64,000 bases of DNA from Patescibacteria group bacterium (GTDB lineage Bacteria; Patescibacteriota; Patescibacteriia; PEXW01), in contig JBBTVB010000001.1 of the NCBI GenBank assembly GCA_038063455.1, positions 13,719 through 77,718 of the forward strand, written 5' to 3'. A program made the position numbers and the translations under genes. Position 1 is the stretch's first letter, and each line of letters opens with the position of its first letter. This document shows, one piece after another, positions 1 through 10,975 of this stretch. Under the pieces are notes generated by a model. It had not been told where the DNA came from. It made no database searches and saw only the letters and a list, made by a program, of their open reading frames with translations.

Positions 1-138
1 TCCCTCGCAAATCCCAGGCACCCCTGCTCGCCCATCGCTTCGTGCATGCCTTACTTCACTTGCACGGCTACCGCCACGACACTGCCGCCGCTGACCGGCG
101 GATGGAAGCGCAGGTGCAACGGTGTCTTAACGCCTTCT

Positions 139-501
139 ATGGTCCAAATTACCTCACGCAGCATTAAGAATAGTTTCCGCTACGCCTTGCGGGGCCTGTT
201 GCACACCTTCCGCACGCAGCAAAGTTTTCGATTGCAGGTCGTGGCCACCGGTCTGGTTGTGCTACTCATGGTCATGCTCCAGGTAACGACGCGCGATGCC
301 ATCATTCTCATTACCATGCTGGCCGCTGTCCTTACCCTAGAGCTCATTAACACGGTGGTGGAGCACATTACCGACTTGCTGAGCGCCAAGCTCACTGCCG
401 TGGCAAAGTTTGCCAAGGATGCAATGGCTGCGGCAGTCCTGTTCGCGTCACTGGTCGCAATCGTTATTGGCTGCTTGGTTTTTTGGCCCTACGTTCGCTA
501 A
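139..501 (+). CDS. dgkA: diacylglycerol/undecaprenol kinase family membrane protein
   Basis: ORF 46..501. From Met at 139 the 120-aa product has a DgkA-like layout (SFRYALRGL, three TM helices, ELINTVVEHITD). The start was chosen by typical family length. Confidence 0.7.
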   Translation: MVQITSRSIKNSFRYALRGLLHTFRTQQSFRLQVVATGLVVLLMVMLQVTTRDAIILITMLAAVLTLELINTVVEHITDLLSAKLTAVAKFAKDAMAAAVLFASLVAIVIGCLVFWPYVR

Positions 502-549
502 GCGCAGCATTGCCGAAAACGGCTTTTTTTTGTATACTCAGTGCACCCT

Positions 550-1788
550 ATGGCTCGTGAATCTACTCTGGTTGGGCTCGATCTCGGCTCAACAACAATC
601 CGTGTCGTCGTTGCCGCCCCTGTTGAAGGTGTAGGGCAACTGCAGATTTTAGGCGTGGGCGAGCACGCCGCGGACGGCATAAGCAAAGGGGCGATCACCA
701 GCATTGAAGACGCTATTTCGTCTATTTCTGGCGCGCTCGAACAAGCCGAGCGCATGACCGGCGTGCCAGTAACGCACGCGTACATCGGCATCAACGGCAC
801 GCACATTACCTCGCAAGAAGTGCACGGGGTGGTGGCGGTGGCCAAAGCTGACGGCGAAATCCGCGAAGAAGATGTTGAGCGCGTCATCGATGCGGCCCAG
901 ACCACAGTCATCCCGTCGAACGTTGAAATTCTTCACGTTATCCCGCGCACGTTCACCGTCGACAACCAGAAGGGGATCAAAGACCCGGTCGGCATGTCTG
1001 GCATTCGGCTGGAAGTCGACGCGCAAATTATCCAGGGCCAGCACGCGCATATCAAAAACCTGACCAAGTGCATCTACCGCACCGGCGTCGAGATCGACGG
1101 CCTGGTGTTGGGCGTGCTCGCCGCCTCCGAAGCCGTGGTAACGAAGCGCCAGAAAGACATTGGCGTTGCCATTCTTAACATTGGCGCTTCGACCAGCAGC
1201 CTCATGGTCTTTGAAGAGGGTGACGTACTGCACACGGCCATTCTGCCGGTTGGTTCGGGCCACATTACCAACGACATTGCCATTGGCTTACGTACGTCCA
1301 TTGACGTGGCCGAGCGGGTCAAACTCGAATTCGGCACGGCGTTGCCGGAAGAGGTCAGCAAGCGCGACGAAATTAATCTCGCCGAACTCGACCCTAAGGA
1401 ATCCGGGGTGGTCTCCCGCAAGCACGTGGCCGAAATTATCGAGGCGCGGGCATCGGAGATTTTTACCATGGTCGATAAAGAGCTGCAAAAGGTGGACCGC
1501 TCCGGCTTGCTCCCCGCCGGCCTCATGTTGGTTGGTGGTGGTGCCAAACTCCCGGGGCTGGTAGATGTGGCCAAGCGCGAGTTTCGCCTGCCGGCCAGCG
1601 TCGGCAACCCGCTCAACGTCGTGACCGCTATCGACAAGGCGCACGAGCCCGAGTACGCTACGGCCATTGGCCTGGCCTTCTGGGGCGCGTCTCTGCAGCA
1701 CGCTGGGGGCAACCGTACGTCCAAGTTCTCCACGGTCAACGACGTGGTTGGCAAGCTTCGTGGTTGGGTCAAGAATCTCACTTCTTAA
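550..1788 (+). CDS. ftsA: cell division protein FtsA
   Basis: Actin-fold motif LVGLDLGSTTIRVVV and GGGAKLPGL; lies directly upstream of ftsZ. GTG 541 is an alternative start. Confidence 0.9.
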   Translation: MARESTLVGLDLGSTTIRVVVAAPVEGVGQLQILGVGEHAADGISKGAITSIEDAISSISGALEQAERMTGVPVTHAYIGINGTHITSQEVHGVVAVAKADGEIREEDVERVIDAAQTTVIPSNVEILHVIPRTFTVDNQKGIKDPVGMSGIRLEVDAQIIQGQHAHIKNLTKCIYRTGVEIDGLVLGVLAASEAVVTKRQKDIGVAILNIGASTSSLMVFEEGDVLHTAILPVGSGHITNDIAIGLRTSIDVAERVKLEFGTALPEEVSKRDEINLAELDPKESGVVSRKHVAEIIEARASEIFTMVDKELQKVDRSGLLPAGLMLVGGGAKLPGLVDVAKREFRLPASVGNPLNVVTAIDKAHEPEYATAIGLAFWGASLQHAGGNRTSKFSTVNDVVGKLRGWVKNLTS

Positions 1789-1800
1789 ATTCTCGCAGCA

Positions 1801-3003
1801 ATGGCTCGTAGCGCTATGGAGATAAAACCCGACATCGAAACATTTGCCAAGATTAAGGTGGTTGGCGTGGGCGGCTCGGGCGGCTCGGCCGTGGACCGCA
1901 TGATCAACGCTAAGATTCGCGGCGTCGAGTTTATTGCGATCAACACCGACGCGCAAGCCCTGCACCATTCCAAGGCCTCCACCAAAATTCACATCGGCAA
2001 GACCGTAACGCGCGGCCTGGGGGCCGGCATGGACCCAGATTTGGGCCGCAAAGCCGCCGAAGAAAGTCAGGACGAAATTCACGAGGCGCTCAAGGGCGCC
2101 GACATGGTATTCATTACCTGCGGGCTCGGCGGCGGCACCGGTACCGGGGCTTCGCCCGTGGTAGCGGACATTGCGAAAGACATTGGTGCCCTGACGGTTG
2201 CGGTGGTTACTAAGCCCTTTGCCTTTGAAGGTGCGCAGCGCAAAGCCTTGGCCGACCAAGGCCACGGCGACCTCGGCGACCGGGTGGATACGCTCATCAC
2301 CATCCCGAACGACCGCTTGCTCCAAATCATCGACAAGAAAACCAGCTTGCTGGACGCCTTTGGCACGGTGGACGAAGTGCTGCGTCAGGGTGTGCAGGGG
2401 ATTAGTGAGCTCATCACCATCCCGGGGCTTATCAACGTGGACTTTGCTGACGTGAAGTCGATTATGGAAAATGCCGGCTCGGCCCTAATGGGCATTGGCA
2501 AAGCGACGGGGGACAACCGAGCAGTGGATGCTGCCAAAGCTGCCATTGATAGCCCCCTACTCGAACTCTCCATTGACGGGGCGAAAGGCATCCTGTTTAC
2601 CGTCACCGGCGGTCCGGATTTGGGCATGTACGAGGTCAACGAGGCGGCGCGGGTGATTACTGCTTCGGTCGACCCAGCCGCAAAAGTCATTTTTGGTACG
2701 GTTATCGACGAGAGTTTGAAAGGTGAAGTCCGCATTACCGTTATTGCCACCGGTTTTGGCAAAGGTGCCCTGCCGCGGCCGTTAACGAAGAAGATTACGC
2801 CGCAGGGTTTTGAAAATTACGACGCACCAAAAGAGATGGAGCGCCGCCCCATGGCTAGCGAGTCAGCTCGGCCGGTCATACGGCAAGTGGTTCAGCCGCA
2901 ACCTCGGCCGCTTGAGCCAGCCCCACAGCCAAAGCCCCAACCACCCCAGAAACCGGAAGACGACCTTGAAATTCCAGCGTTTATCCGACGGAAGATGATG
3001 TGA
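1801..3003 (+). CDS. ftsZ: cell division GTPase FtsZ
   Basis: [10 protein letters not shown] and the tubulin signature [13 protein letters not shown]; proline-rich linker and C-terminal [11 protein letters not shown] tail. Confidence 0.97.
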   Translation: MARSAMEIKPDIETFAKIKVVGVGGSGGSAVDRMINAKIRGVEFIAINTDAQALHHSKASTKIHIGKTVTRGLGAGMDPDLGRKAAEESQDEIHEALKGADMVFITCGLGGGTGTGASPVVADIAKDIGALTVAVVTKPFAFEGAQRKALADQGHGDLGDRVDTLITIPNDRLLQIIDKKTSLLDAFGTVDEVLRQGVQGISELITIPGLINVDFADVKSIMENAGSALMGIGKATGDNRAVDAAKAAIDSPLLELSIDGAKGILFTVTGGPDLGMYEVNEAARVITASVDPAAKVIFGTVIDESLKGEVRITVIATGFGKGALPRPLTKKITPQGFENYDAPKEMERRPMASESARPVIRQVVQPQPRPLEPAPQPKPQPPQKPEDDLEIPAFIRRKMM

Positions 3004-3112
3004 CCTGGTATCCACAGGTCTCGGTCTGGTGCGGGAGAGCCCTCCCTTTCGCGACACACCCAAACTCCAGTAGCCATAGGGTATTTGCCCAGGAGGCGTT
3101 TTTGGGTTGGGA

Positions 3113-3167
3113 TTGACAATCCCATATGTAGTGGTATACTACCCCCTAGAGCTACTACATATAGTGT
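3113..3167 (+). promoter_or_regulatory. sigma70-type promoter (TTGACA 3113-3118, 16-nt spacer, TATACT 3135-3140) overlapped by two NrdR-box-like palindromes
   Basis: ATCCCATATGTAGTGG (3119-3134) and CTACTACATATAGTGT (3152-3167) match the NrdR box consensus acaCwAtATaTwGtgt at about 11/16 and 13/16 positions. They are spaced about three helical turns apart, upstream of nrdR-nrdJ. Confidence 0.6.
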
Positions 3168-3494
3168 TACCTAGGGCATTGGGCCCTAGCCCCTCGCTCT
3201 GGCGGGGGTCGGGAGCGTGCACGCTGGTTCTCACGCTTCTTTCAAAATCAACACCACGCCCGTCCCGCCGTCGGTTACGCCGAAGCGGTTCGAGGCGGAT
3301 CTGGCTCCGCTGGCTGCTTGCCCGCCTCGGCTCCGCCGAAGGCGAGACGGGTCCCTAGCCAACGCCGTCCAACGTTTTCCTCGTGTTCCTCGTCACAACT
3401 TGGCGAGGAGCGCTCATCGTTGTACGATAAGCTTCCTGCCTGCGGACGCCTCACCGTGACGCATGGTAGTCGGGCCGCGTTCTAGCCTCCTTTT

Positions 3495-3968
3495 ATGAAA
3501 TGCCCTGCCTGCCATAAACCAGATACCCGGGTCATGGATTCCCGCCTCATCGAGGACGGGCTGGCCATTCGCCGCCGCCGGGAGTGCACGCGCTGCAGCT
3601 TCCGCTTCTCGACCATGGAAGAGACGGAGATTCTCAACCTGACCGTGGTCAAGCGCGATGGCCGGCACGAGCCCTACAGCCGGGAGAAGCTCGAAGTGGG
3701 TTTGCGCCGTTCTTTCCAGAAGCTGGCCATTACCCAGGACGAGTTCAAGCGCCTGGTCAACCGCATCGAGCGGGACATCCAGATTACCGGCCGGCAAGAG
3801 ATGAAAAGTTCGGACATCGGCGAAATTCTGATGAAACACCTGAAGCGGGCCAATCAGGTTGCCTACATCCGCTTTGCCTCGGTGTACCGGTCGTTCAAAG
3901 ACGTGGCCACTTTCCAGCGCGAACTGCATACGCTGTTGAAACCCGGCAAGCGCGCCCGTCGAAAGTAA
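3495..3968 (+). CDS. nrdR: transcriptional repressor NrdR
   Basis: N-terminal zinc ribbon MKCPAC...CTRC followed by an ATP-cone; precedes the RNR gene. Confidence 0.95.
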   Translation: MKCPACHKPDTRVMDSRLIEDGLAIRRRRECTRCSFRFSTMEETEILNLTVVKRDGRHEPYSREKLEVGLRRSFQKLAITQDEFKRLVNRIERDIQITGRQEMKSSDIGEILMKHLKRANQVAYIRFASVYRSFKDVATFQRELHTLLKPGKRARRK

Positions 3969-4005
3969 ATGCTAAAAAATCATTCCTCTTAATCAGCAAC
4001 CTGCC

Positions 4006-7000
4006 ATGCCGCACCCCACCCTCGACATTGCCACCGCAAGAACTTCTGCTGGTGTGGGGAATATGTATCCGGCCAATGGCTTGCGCATAACTCGGCGCTA
4101 CACCACGGCCGGGGTCGATCCGCTGTTGCAGGTGGAGTACGAGTTACGTACCTCGGTCATCAAGAATACCGATGGCCGCATTGTGTATGAAATCAATGAT
4201 GTGGAAGTGCCAGTCACCTGGTCGCAGGTCGCCACCGATATCATTGCCCAAAAATATTTCCGCAAAGCTGGCGTGCCCGTGCGCAACCCGGACGGCAGCC
4301 CCAAGCTGGATAGCCAGGGTAACGCGGTCACGGGCCCGGAGCGCAGCGCGCGCCAAGTGGTCCATCGCCTGGCCTTGTGTTGGCGCACCTGGGCCGAGAC
4401 CTGGGGCTACTTTGCCTCGGCCGCCGATGCGCGGGCCTACCAGGACGAAATGGAGTACATGCTGATTCGTCAGCTCGGCGCGCCCAACTCGCCACAGTGG
4501 TTCAATACTGGCTTGCACACGGCTTACGGCATCACCGGCAAACCCCAGGGCCACTACTACGTGGATCCGGCCAATGGCGAACTCCATAAATCCGACGATG
4601 CCTACTCCCACCCCCAGCCGCACGCCTGCTTCATCCAGAGCGTTAACGACGACCTGGTAAACGAGGGTGGGATTTTCGACCTGGTCACGCGGGAGGCGCG
4701 CCTGTTCAAGTTCGGTTCTGGTACGGGCAGCAATTTTTCCAGCCTGCGGGGTCGGGGCGAGAAACTCGGCGGTGGCGGCAGCTCATCGGGCATGATGTCC
4801 TTCCTGCAAATTTTCGACAAAGCGGCCGGCGCCATTAAAAGCGGCGGCACCACGCGTCGGGCGGCCAAGATGGTCATCGTCAACATCGACCACCCGGACG
4901 TGGAAGAATTTATTAACTGGAAAGTGAAAGAAGAGCAGAAAGTGGCCGACCTGGTTACCGGTAGCCGCACCAACAGCAAATTCCTCAACCAGATTATGAG
5001 CACAGCGCACGCCGAAGGTGCCACCAGTGTGGCGCAGTCGCCGGCGCTCAAAGCGGTGGTTCAGCACGCCATCAAGCACGAAGTACCGCTCAACTACATT
5101 GCCCGCGCGCTCGACCTGGTCAAACAGGGCCACACCACCCTCGACTTCCCGGTGCTCGACACGCATTTTGAAGGCGAGGCTTACGCTACGGTTTCTGGCC
5201 AGAACAGCAACAACACCGTGCGCGTCACCAATGCGTACATGGAAGCCGTGCGCACCAACGCGCCGTGGCAGCTGACGGGCCGGGTGAGCAAAGAAGTCGT
5301 CAAGACTGTACCCGCGCGCCAGCTGTGGGACCAAATTGCCTACGCTGCCTGGTCGTGCGCCGATCCGGGCTTGCAGTTTGACGACGCAGTGAACGAGTGG
5401 CACACCTGCCCAGTGGACGGCCGCATCAACGGCTCTAACCCGTGCAGCGAGTACATGTTCCTGGACGACACCGCCTGCAACCTGGCGTCCATTAACTTGG
5501 CGCACTACCTGGACCCCGTCACCGGCATTGTGGATATGGACAGCTACCGCCACAGCATCCGCTTGTGGACTATCACCCTCGAAACTTCCGTGCTCATGGC
5601 CCAGTTCCCGGGCAAGGAAATTGCCCGCCGCAGCTACGAGTACCGCACGCTCGGCTTGGGCTACGCTAACCTCGGCACCATCCTGATGACCATGGGTATT
5701 GCCTATGATTCGCCCGAAGCCCTGGCTATTACCGGTGCGCTTTCGGCCGTGATGACCGGTGAGTCCTACGCCACCAGCGCCGAGATGGCCAGCGTGGTGG
5801 GGCCCTTCCCGGCGTACGAACGCAACAAGCGTCACATGCTACGGGTCATTCGCAACCACCGCCGCGCAGCCTACGACGCAGCCAAGGATGAGTATGAAGG
5901 CCTCACCATCACGCCCATGGGCATCGACCAGACCGTCGTGCCACCCTATCTGGGCGACGCGGCTAAGCGGGCCTGGGACCGCGCCATTACCCTGGGCGAG
6001 CAGCACGGCTTTAGGAACGCGCAAACCACCGTTATTGCCCCCACTGGTACCATTGGCCTCGTCATGGACTGCGATACCACGGGTATCGAGCCCGACTTCG
6101 CGCTGGTCAAATTTAAGAAACTCGCGGGTGGTGGCTTCTTCAAGATCGTTAACCAATCCATGGACAAAGCTCTGCGTCGTTTGGGCTACACCGAGCAGCA
6201 AGTCAAAGACATCGAGAACTATGCCAAGGGCCACGGCACGCTCCAGGGCTGCCCGGCTATCAATCCGCTCACTTTGCGTGAGAAAGGTTTTACCGACGCC
6301 GATTTGGAGAAGATTGAGTCTGGCCTGAAGACCGCATTCGACATTCGTTTTGCCTTCACGCCCTTTACCATGGGCGACGAGATGCTCAAGCGCATTGGCC
6401 TGAGCGACGAGCAAGTGGCTGACCACGAGCTTAATGTCCTAAAAGCTCTTGGCTTTACCGAAGCCCAAATTAACGAAGCCAACGAGTACGTCTGCGGCAC
6501 CATGACCATTGAGGGCGCGCCGCACATCAAACCCGAGCACCTGCCAGTGTTCGACTGCGCCAACAAGTGTGGGGCCAAAGGTACCCGCTACATCCAGTAC
6601 GAAGCCCACCTCAAGATGATGGCCGCGGCTCAGCCCTTTATCTCTGGTGCCATTTCCAAAACCATCAACCTGCCGGGCGATGCCACGCTGGTAGATATAG
6701 AGCAGGCCTACCACAAGAGCTGGAAGTACATGCTCAAGGCCGTGGCCCTGTACCGCGATGGTTCCAAACTCTCACAGCCGTTGAACAGCATTTCTGGTTT
6801 GGACGAAACCGGCCAGACCGATACCACCGAAGACGAGACCAACGAGCAGGTCACACCCAAGCACGTCAGCGATGCGGTGGCCGCGCAAGCCGTGAAAGTG
6901 TCTTTGCCCAGCAAGCGCCACGGCTTCGTGCAGAAGGCCTACGTCGGCGGGCACAAAGTCTACCTGCGCACCGGCGAGTACAATGACGGCAAGCTCGGCG

Positions 7001-7512
7001 AAATCTTCATCGATATGTACAAAGAGGGGACGGCCTACCGCAGTTTACTTTCCATGTTCGCCATTTCCATTTCCAAAGGGTTGCAGTACGGCATCCCGCT
7101 GGAAGAGTACGTCGACACCTTCACCTACACGCGTTTTGAACCGGCTGGCCCGGTGCAGGGCCACGACAACGTGAAGATGTCCACCTCCATTCTGGACTAC
7201 GTGTTCCGCGTGCTGGGCTTTGAATATTTGGGCCGTACGGATTTGGTCCACGTGAAGCCCGACACGAAGGATGAAAAAGATTTGCATCAACCCGCTGTTG
7301 TCCAGCAAGCCACCTTACCCATGAACCTGCAAACCGCCGAGCAGAAAGAAGCCACCAAGAGCAACATCAGCTTCGGCATGGATGGCAAAGACGAAGCGCG
7401 GCAGCAAGGCTTTACCGGCGACCAGTGTGTGGCCTGCGGGAGCATGAAGATGAAGCGCAATGGCACCTGCAACCTGTGCCTAGATTGCGGGGAAACCACG
7501 GGGTGTAGCTAG
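4006..7512 (+). CDS. nrdJ: adenosylcobalamin-dependent ribonucleotide reductase (class II)
   Basis: 1168-aa ORF with the catalytic-loop motif SNPCSEY, typical class II blocks ([22 protein letters not shown]) and a C-terminal CxxC...CxxC tail. ATG 4063 is an alternative start. Confidence 0.93.
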   Translation: MPHPTLDIATARTSAGVGNMYPANGLRITRRYTTAGVDPLLQVEYELRTSVIKNTDGRIVYEINDVEVPVTWSQVATDIIAQKYFRKAGVPVRNPDGSPKLDSQGNAVTGPERSARQVVHRLALCWRTWAETWGYFASAADARAYQDEMEYMLIRQLGAPNSPQWFNTGLHTAYGITGKPQGHYYVDPANGELHKSDDAYSHPQPHACFIQSVNDDLVNEGGIFDLVTREARLFKFGSGTGSNFSSLRGRGEKLGGGGSSSGMMSFLQIFDKAAGAIKSGGTTRRAAKMVIVNIDHPDVEEFINWKVKEEQKVADLVTGSRTNSKFLNQIMSTAHAEGATSVAQSPALKAVVQHAIKHEVPLNYIARALDLVKQGHTTLDFPVLDTHFEGEAYATVSGQNSNNTVRVTNAYMEAVRTNAPWQLTGRVSKEVVKTVPARQLWDQIAYAAWSCADPGLQFDDAVNEWHTCPVDGRINGSNPCSEYMFLDDTACNLASINLAHYLDPVTGIVDMDSYRHSIRLWTITLETSVLMAQFPGKEIARRSYEYRTLGLGYANLGTILMTMGIAYDSPEALAITGALSAVMTGESYATSAEMASVVGPFPAYERNKRHMLRVIRNHRRAAYDAAKDEYEGLTITPMGIDQTVVPPYLGDAAKRAWDRAITLGEQHGFRNAQTTVIAPTGTIGLVMDCDTTGIEPDFALVKFKKLAGGGFFKIVNQSMDKALRRLGYTEQQVKDIENYAKGHGTLQGCPAINPLTLREKGFTDADLEKIESGLKTAFDIRFAFTPFTMGDEMLKRIGLSDEQVADHELNVLKALGFTEAQINEANEYVCGTMTIEGAPHIKPEHLPVFDCANKCGAKGTRYIQYEAHLKMMAAAQPFISGAISKTINLPGDATLVDIEQAYHKSWKYMLKAVALYRDGSKLSQPLNSISGLDETGQTDTTEDETNEQVTPKHVSDAVAAQAVKVSLPSKRHGFVQKAYVGGHKVYLRTGEYNDGKLGEIFIDMYKEGTAYRSLLSMFAISISKGLQYGIPLEEYVDTFTYTRFEPAGPVQGHDNVKMSTSILDYVFRVLGFEYLGRTDLVHVKPDTKDEKDLHQPAVVQQATLPMNLQTAEQKEATKSNISFGMDGKDEARQQGFTGDQCVACGSMKMKRNGTCNLCLDCGETTGCS

Positions 7513-7538
7513 GCAACACCCACGATTATGTGCGTACA

Positions 7539-7566
7539 AGCGCGGGCGTTTCTGCCCGCGCTTTTG
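7539..7566 (+). terminator. intrinsic terminator after nrdJ
   Basis: AGCGCGGGC / GCCCGCGCT 9-bp stem with a 6-nt loop, followed by TTTT. Confidence 0.7.
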
Positions 7567-7658
7567 TGTCGCTACCAACGACATGAGTAAAATCACCCCG
7601 TCCACCTACGCCGAGGCTTCGGTGGCCACCCCTCCTCCCCTTACGAAGCAATGCCAAT

Positions 7659-7688
7659 AAAAAAGAGCGGTCCGCAGGGATCGCTCTT
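7659..7688 (-). terminator. intrinsic terminator (minus strand) after CDS 7704..8813
   Basis: AGAGCG...CGCTCT stem; on the minus strand it is followed by a T-run (A-run 7659-7664 on plus). Confidence 0.6.
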
Positions 7689-7703
7689 TAGGAAGAAGAA
7701 CTA

Positions 7704-8813
7704 TTACGTTGCAAATGGTTTGCACACCTGTGCTTTGAATGCAGAGAAGCGCAGGAGGAGAGTTTGTTTTTCGGCTGGGATGTCCGTCAACTTTCCACTT
7801 AAAGGCAGTTGATTGCACAAGAGCGGTTGAAGCTCAATGGTCATGTTGCGTCGGGCAAGTAGTCGCATCTTGAGCTCTTGCTGTCTTTTCCGATTTGCTC
7901 GTTTATCTAGAAACTTACTAAACGGAAAACTCTTTTGTAGTTTTCCAAAACCGATTACACACACCGAAGCCACAATTACGACGCCTATTATGGAGCCAAG
8001 AATGCTTATCATTGTCTGCATCGTTGGTTGCAAAAGTAGTTGAATGCAAAGCAATATCATGCCGATGGCGCTCCAGGTCGTCGGTCGTAACAACTCGGTC
8101 CAGCCACGTCCATCGAATATTGGCCAGTCAGGACGATACCACCATATAGACTTTAGTGATTGTTTCCATGGGTGTAGCAGTACGGTGAGCACAGGTCCTG
8201 GTACTTTTCCTCGACTAACCACGAAAACTGCGCCGATGAGCCCAATGATCGTTCGGGCTATAAGCCAGGCGGCGATGACAAAGGGTTGAACAGTAAATGC
8301 CGTAAGGGCTCGACGTCGAAGGTGGCATTGATCACGTGGCTTCGTTTCAAACCATAAGTTGCACCAGAAAGTGAGCCACTGGGGCGGCTTCTTGGCGAAG
8401 AATTCTAACGCAACATGAATTGGTCGCGTGTCGGCCCCACCTGAGACAGTAAATTTTTTCTCAATTCGTTGTCCACCCCTGTTGTACAGCCGATAGGTGT
8501 ACTGTTCTCCTTCGCGTTCGGTGTATTTGGCCAGATCACTTCCATTTGCATTATCACTCGATAGCATTATGGCGTAGAGTTCATGTTGACCAGCACTTTG
8601 AAACGTAATGTACGTTACAATTGCGTCCAGTCTACACAACATACGATGCTCATGGCTATTTTCCATGTTTCGATAGCCCACAAGCACGTAGGGGTGCAAT
8701 ATACTACCTGCTCGTAGACGTTCCACGGTTGTTGGAAGCAGACACCACCGAATCGGGATAGTTGCGCTTGTAGCTTCTTGGCTTTCAACCAGTAAACTAA
8801 GACTTTTTTGCAT
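7704..8813 (-). CDS. hypothetical membrane protein (soluble N-domain, about 4 TM helices, charged C-tail ending CKPFAT)
   Basis: Long ORF; GGAGG lies 8 nt upstream of ATG 8813; own terminator; AT-richer than the flanks by eye. No family recognised. Confidence 0.7.
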   Translation of the reverse strand: MQKSLSLLVESQEATSATIPIRWCLLPTTVERLRAGSILHPYVLVGYRNMENSHEHRMLCRLDAIVTYITFQSAGQHELYAIMLSSDNANGSDLAKYTEREGEQYTYRLYNRGGQRIEKKFTVSGGADTRPIHVALEFFAKKPPQWLTFWCNLWFETKPRDQCHLRRRALTAFTVQPFVIAAWLIARTIIGLIGAVFVVSRGKVPGPVLTVLLHPWKQSLKSIWWYRPDWPIFDGRGWTELLRPTTWSAIGMILLCIQLLLQPTMQTMISILGSIIGVVIVASVCVIGFGKLQKSFPFSKFLDKRANRKRQQELKMRLLARRNMTIELQPLLCNQLPLSGKLTDIPAEKQTLLLRFSAFKAQVCKPFAT

Positions 8814-8902
8814 TGTCAAAACCTCCAATGTGTATGATTCATTTGTATTGTATTTTCAGATGACTCTAGCAAGGGTGGTGTATACTGTCAATCTTATTAT
8901 TT

Positions 8903-8933
8903 AAAAAAGAGCGGATCCGTTAGGGTCCGCTCT
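8903..8933 (-). terminator. intrinsic terminator (minus strand) after CDS 8938..9342
   Basis: AGAGCGGATCC / GGGTCCGCTCT stem, followed by T6 on the minus strand. Confidence 0.75.
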
Positions 8934-8937
8934 TGCT

Positions 8938-9342
8938 TTAATGCGTTTTGCTTGAGGTTTCTTCCTCGGGCATTTGCGGCAGTGCTGCGAATAGATCCAC
9001 CAACTGGTTGTAGCGGAGCGCTAGCAGTGTATACGCGTCCGGTTGCAGGCGGCGCATTTCGTAGAGTGCAATAAGCAGTTCTTTCGTTTGAACACGTAGT
9101 AAAAGGCGACGGAAGAAAAACTGCTCAATCGTCTCATCGGAGACTTGCTTTTTTAGCAATTCGAGGAACGACTCAACAAGGCCGATATGCGGGCTTGCCG
9201 CATCAAACGCGTAGGCTAGCCTATCAAGATCCTGCGTTTTACTAATAGCCTTAATATACGCCTGAAGAATATGGGCTCGGCCAGTCTTTGACTTTTGCCG
9301 ACGGGCCCTCTTTAAGACTTTTTCGAGAGCCACTATGCTCAT
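8938..9342 (-). CDS. hypothetical helical protein (134 aa)
   Basis: ORF with an AGGAG site upstream, a TTGACG-17-TAGAGT promoter-like sequence at about 9385-9415 (minus strand), and its own terminator. Confidence 0.65.
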   Translation of the reverse strand: MSIVALEKVLKRARRQKSKTGRAHILQAYIKAISKTQDLDRLAYAFDAASPHIGLVESFLELLKKQVSDETIEQFFFRRLLLRVQTKELLIALYEMRRLQPDAYTLLALRYNQLVDLFAALPQMPEEETSSKTH

Positions 9343-9456
9343 GGCAGAACTCCTATGTGGTAAGGTGCGTAACTTTTACCTCACTCTACTTTTGTTGGAC
9401 TACGGCGTCAATACAATGTGTACAGGAAAATAGCCACCAGGGTTTGTGGTGGCTGG

Positions 9457-9669
9457 TTAGACAATCGGGCTGTGCGGGCGCAGAATTGGTCGAAGCACCG
9501 CTTCCAGCAGGTGCTCGCGGAAGCCTACGCTTTTAATAATTACGATGAGCTCGACAATCTGCTCGTCGGGCAAATCGTCGCAACGCTGCGCGTTTTTTAT
9601 TTGCAGTTTCAGCACCTCGTCAGAACGATTTGGATTTTTGCAATCCAACGAAAATGCTTGTATGTTCAT
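9457..9669 (-). CDS. hypothetical small protein (70 aa)
   Basis: GGAGGTGAGC-ATG at 9669. A hairpin (AGCCACCAC/TGGTGGCT, about 9431-9455) lies downstream on the minus strand. Confidence 0.55.
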   Translation of the reverse strand: MNIQAFSLDCKNPNRSDEVLKLQIKNAQRCDDLPDEQIVELIVIIKSVGFREHLLEAVLRPILRPHSPIV

Positions 9670-9762
9670 GCTCACCTCCGGTATTTTTTGTGTGAGCAGT
9701 ATACGCTCAACGCCCGAACCGGTCAAGGCCTTTGGGTCCGAACCAGAACATTCCCGCTGTAC

Positions 9763-9790
9763 AAAAAAAGAACCACCCGGGGATGGTTCT
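9763..9790 (-). terminator. intrinsic terminator (minus strand) after CDS 9801..10010
   Basis: AGAACCA / TGGTTCT stem, followed by T7 on the minus strand. Confidence 0.7.
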
Positions 9791-9800
9791 TACAAGGTGC

Positions 9801-10010
9801 TTAAGCAAAGTGGATGTGGAGGTCTGCGGCATCCAGCGCGGTTACATCTGGCATGTTCCGCAACACGTACTCTCGTGTTGCAATCCATGCCGGAAGGATG
9901 TTGTAGGAGTCCCTGGAGACTCGAGGTTCTTGCCAGCGGATTTCCACTTTGTCGTGGCGGCGGCCTTCTACGACTGCCCCAAGGAGTGTGAGGGTGTATT
10001 CTACCCGCAT
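9801..10010 (-). CDS. hypothetical small protein (69 aa)
   Basis: ORF ends 11 nt before a good minus-strand terminator; the ribosome-binding site is weak. Confidence 0.5.
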   Translation of the reverse strand: MRVEYTLTLLGAVVEGRRHDKVEIRWQEPRVSRDSYNILPAWIATREYVLRNMPDVTALDAADLHIHFA

Positions 10011-10085
10011 TGCTGTGCGCCTTTCTGGTGGCGCGTCCTATGCGAGGTTTATCCTGCTTCCTATTGTGCAGGGTGTATCATCGAT

Positions 10086-10448
10086 CTATCCATTTTTTGC
10101 TGAACAATGTTTATTTCGGGCCAAATGCAGTGCGCTCTTAATATTTTTATGCTGCGTCCACACCCAGATGGTAATGCATAGTGATGAGACCCATGCTGCT
10201 ACATTTTGGGAGTCAGGATAAGACAATGCTACTTCGGAAGGTACAGCATGCATCATTCCCAGAACACACAGGGCAGCGAACCAAATTAGCATGCCCAAGA
10301 AGATGTTTGTTACAAATCCAGCCACGAGGTAGTACAGGAAGCGCACAATGATTCCATCTTGCGATGCTTTTGTAATTACACCCTCCAGCTTTAGAAGGAT
10401 ATGCACGCAGAAGACAAAGCCAACGATACAGAGTATGAGAATGTCCAT
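10086..10448 (-). CDS. hypothetical membrane protein (about 120 aa, 3-4 TM)
   Basis: GGAGGAAACA-ATG at 10448; hydrophobic segments throughout. Confidence 0.65.
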   Translation of the reverse strand: MDILILCIVGFVFCVHILLKLEGVITKASQDGIIVRFLYYLVAGFVTNIFLGMLIWFAALCVLGMMHAVPSEVALSYPDSQNVAAWVSSLCITIWVWTQHKNIKSALHLARNKHCSAKNG

Positions 10449-10571
10449 TGTTTCCTCCACAGACTTTTGATTTTTTTATATCTTACTTACTTTGACGCTA
10501 ACAACTTTAGGGTGCCATTATTATGCTGTCAAGCTTAAAACCCGCTGTGTTGGCGGGTTTCGAAGCAGGGG

Positions 10572-10715
10572 CTAAGCAGCGTCGGGAGCAGGTTCAGTTT
10601 CTGGCTGCTCGTCCAATATGCTGTGTAAGGTTTCCAGTGCGGCGATAACGCCGTGCACCCCTAGGTCTGGTCGCTGATCCGTAAAACGTTCAGCATGAGC
10701 CTTGAGTTCTTCCAT
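10572..10715 (-). CDS. possible small acidic protein (47 aa); start uncertain
   Basis: C-terminal part of ORF 10572..10916. A weak hairpin lies downstream (10541-10565). No clear RBS. Confidence 0.25.
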   Translation of the reverse strand: MEELKAHAERFTDQRPDLGVHGVIAALETLHSILDEQPETEPAPDAA

Positions 10716-10975
10716 ATATCGACAAGGGATTAATGGCGAACCCAGAAGCATAGCGCAGCCTATGGGTTTTGTCAAGGCATAACAATAAAAGCGGCTGCCA
10801 ATCTGGGGTCGATTGGCAGCCATTCGAGAGGGGGGTGAGCGTGAGATTTTGTTTGTGCAATGAGTATACGGCCACCCTTTTGGAGAGTCAATAGCATCTT
10901 GACAGCCTGTGTGCAACGGGGTAGAGTAGCGTGTTTATAGGAGTAACAAGGCACATTACAAACCCAGGAGGTTGT

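Noticed and set aside
1288-2325. Long antisense ORFs opposite ftsA/ftsZ, nrdJ (4783..5835), glyQS (52008..52781), clp (48846..49631), ileS and others.
   Set aside because: These are typical shadow ORFs of GC-rich coding sequence. Their products are Arg/Ala/Gly-rich with no motifs, while the sense strands encode unmistakable conserved proteins.
3170-3494. Possible cobalamin riboswitch in the nrdR-nrdJ leader, considered because NrdJ uses AdoCbl.
   Set aside because: I found neither the GGGAA..GGTG..CCCGC core nor a B12 box on either strand. B12 riboswitches normally repress B12-independent RNRs, not class II enzymes.
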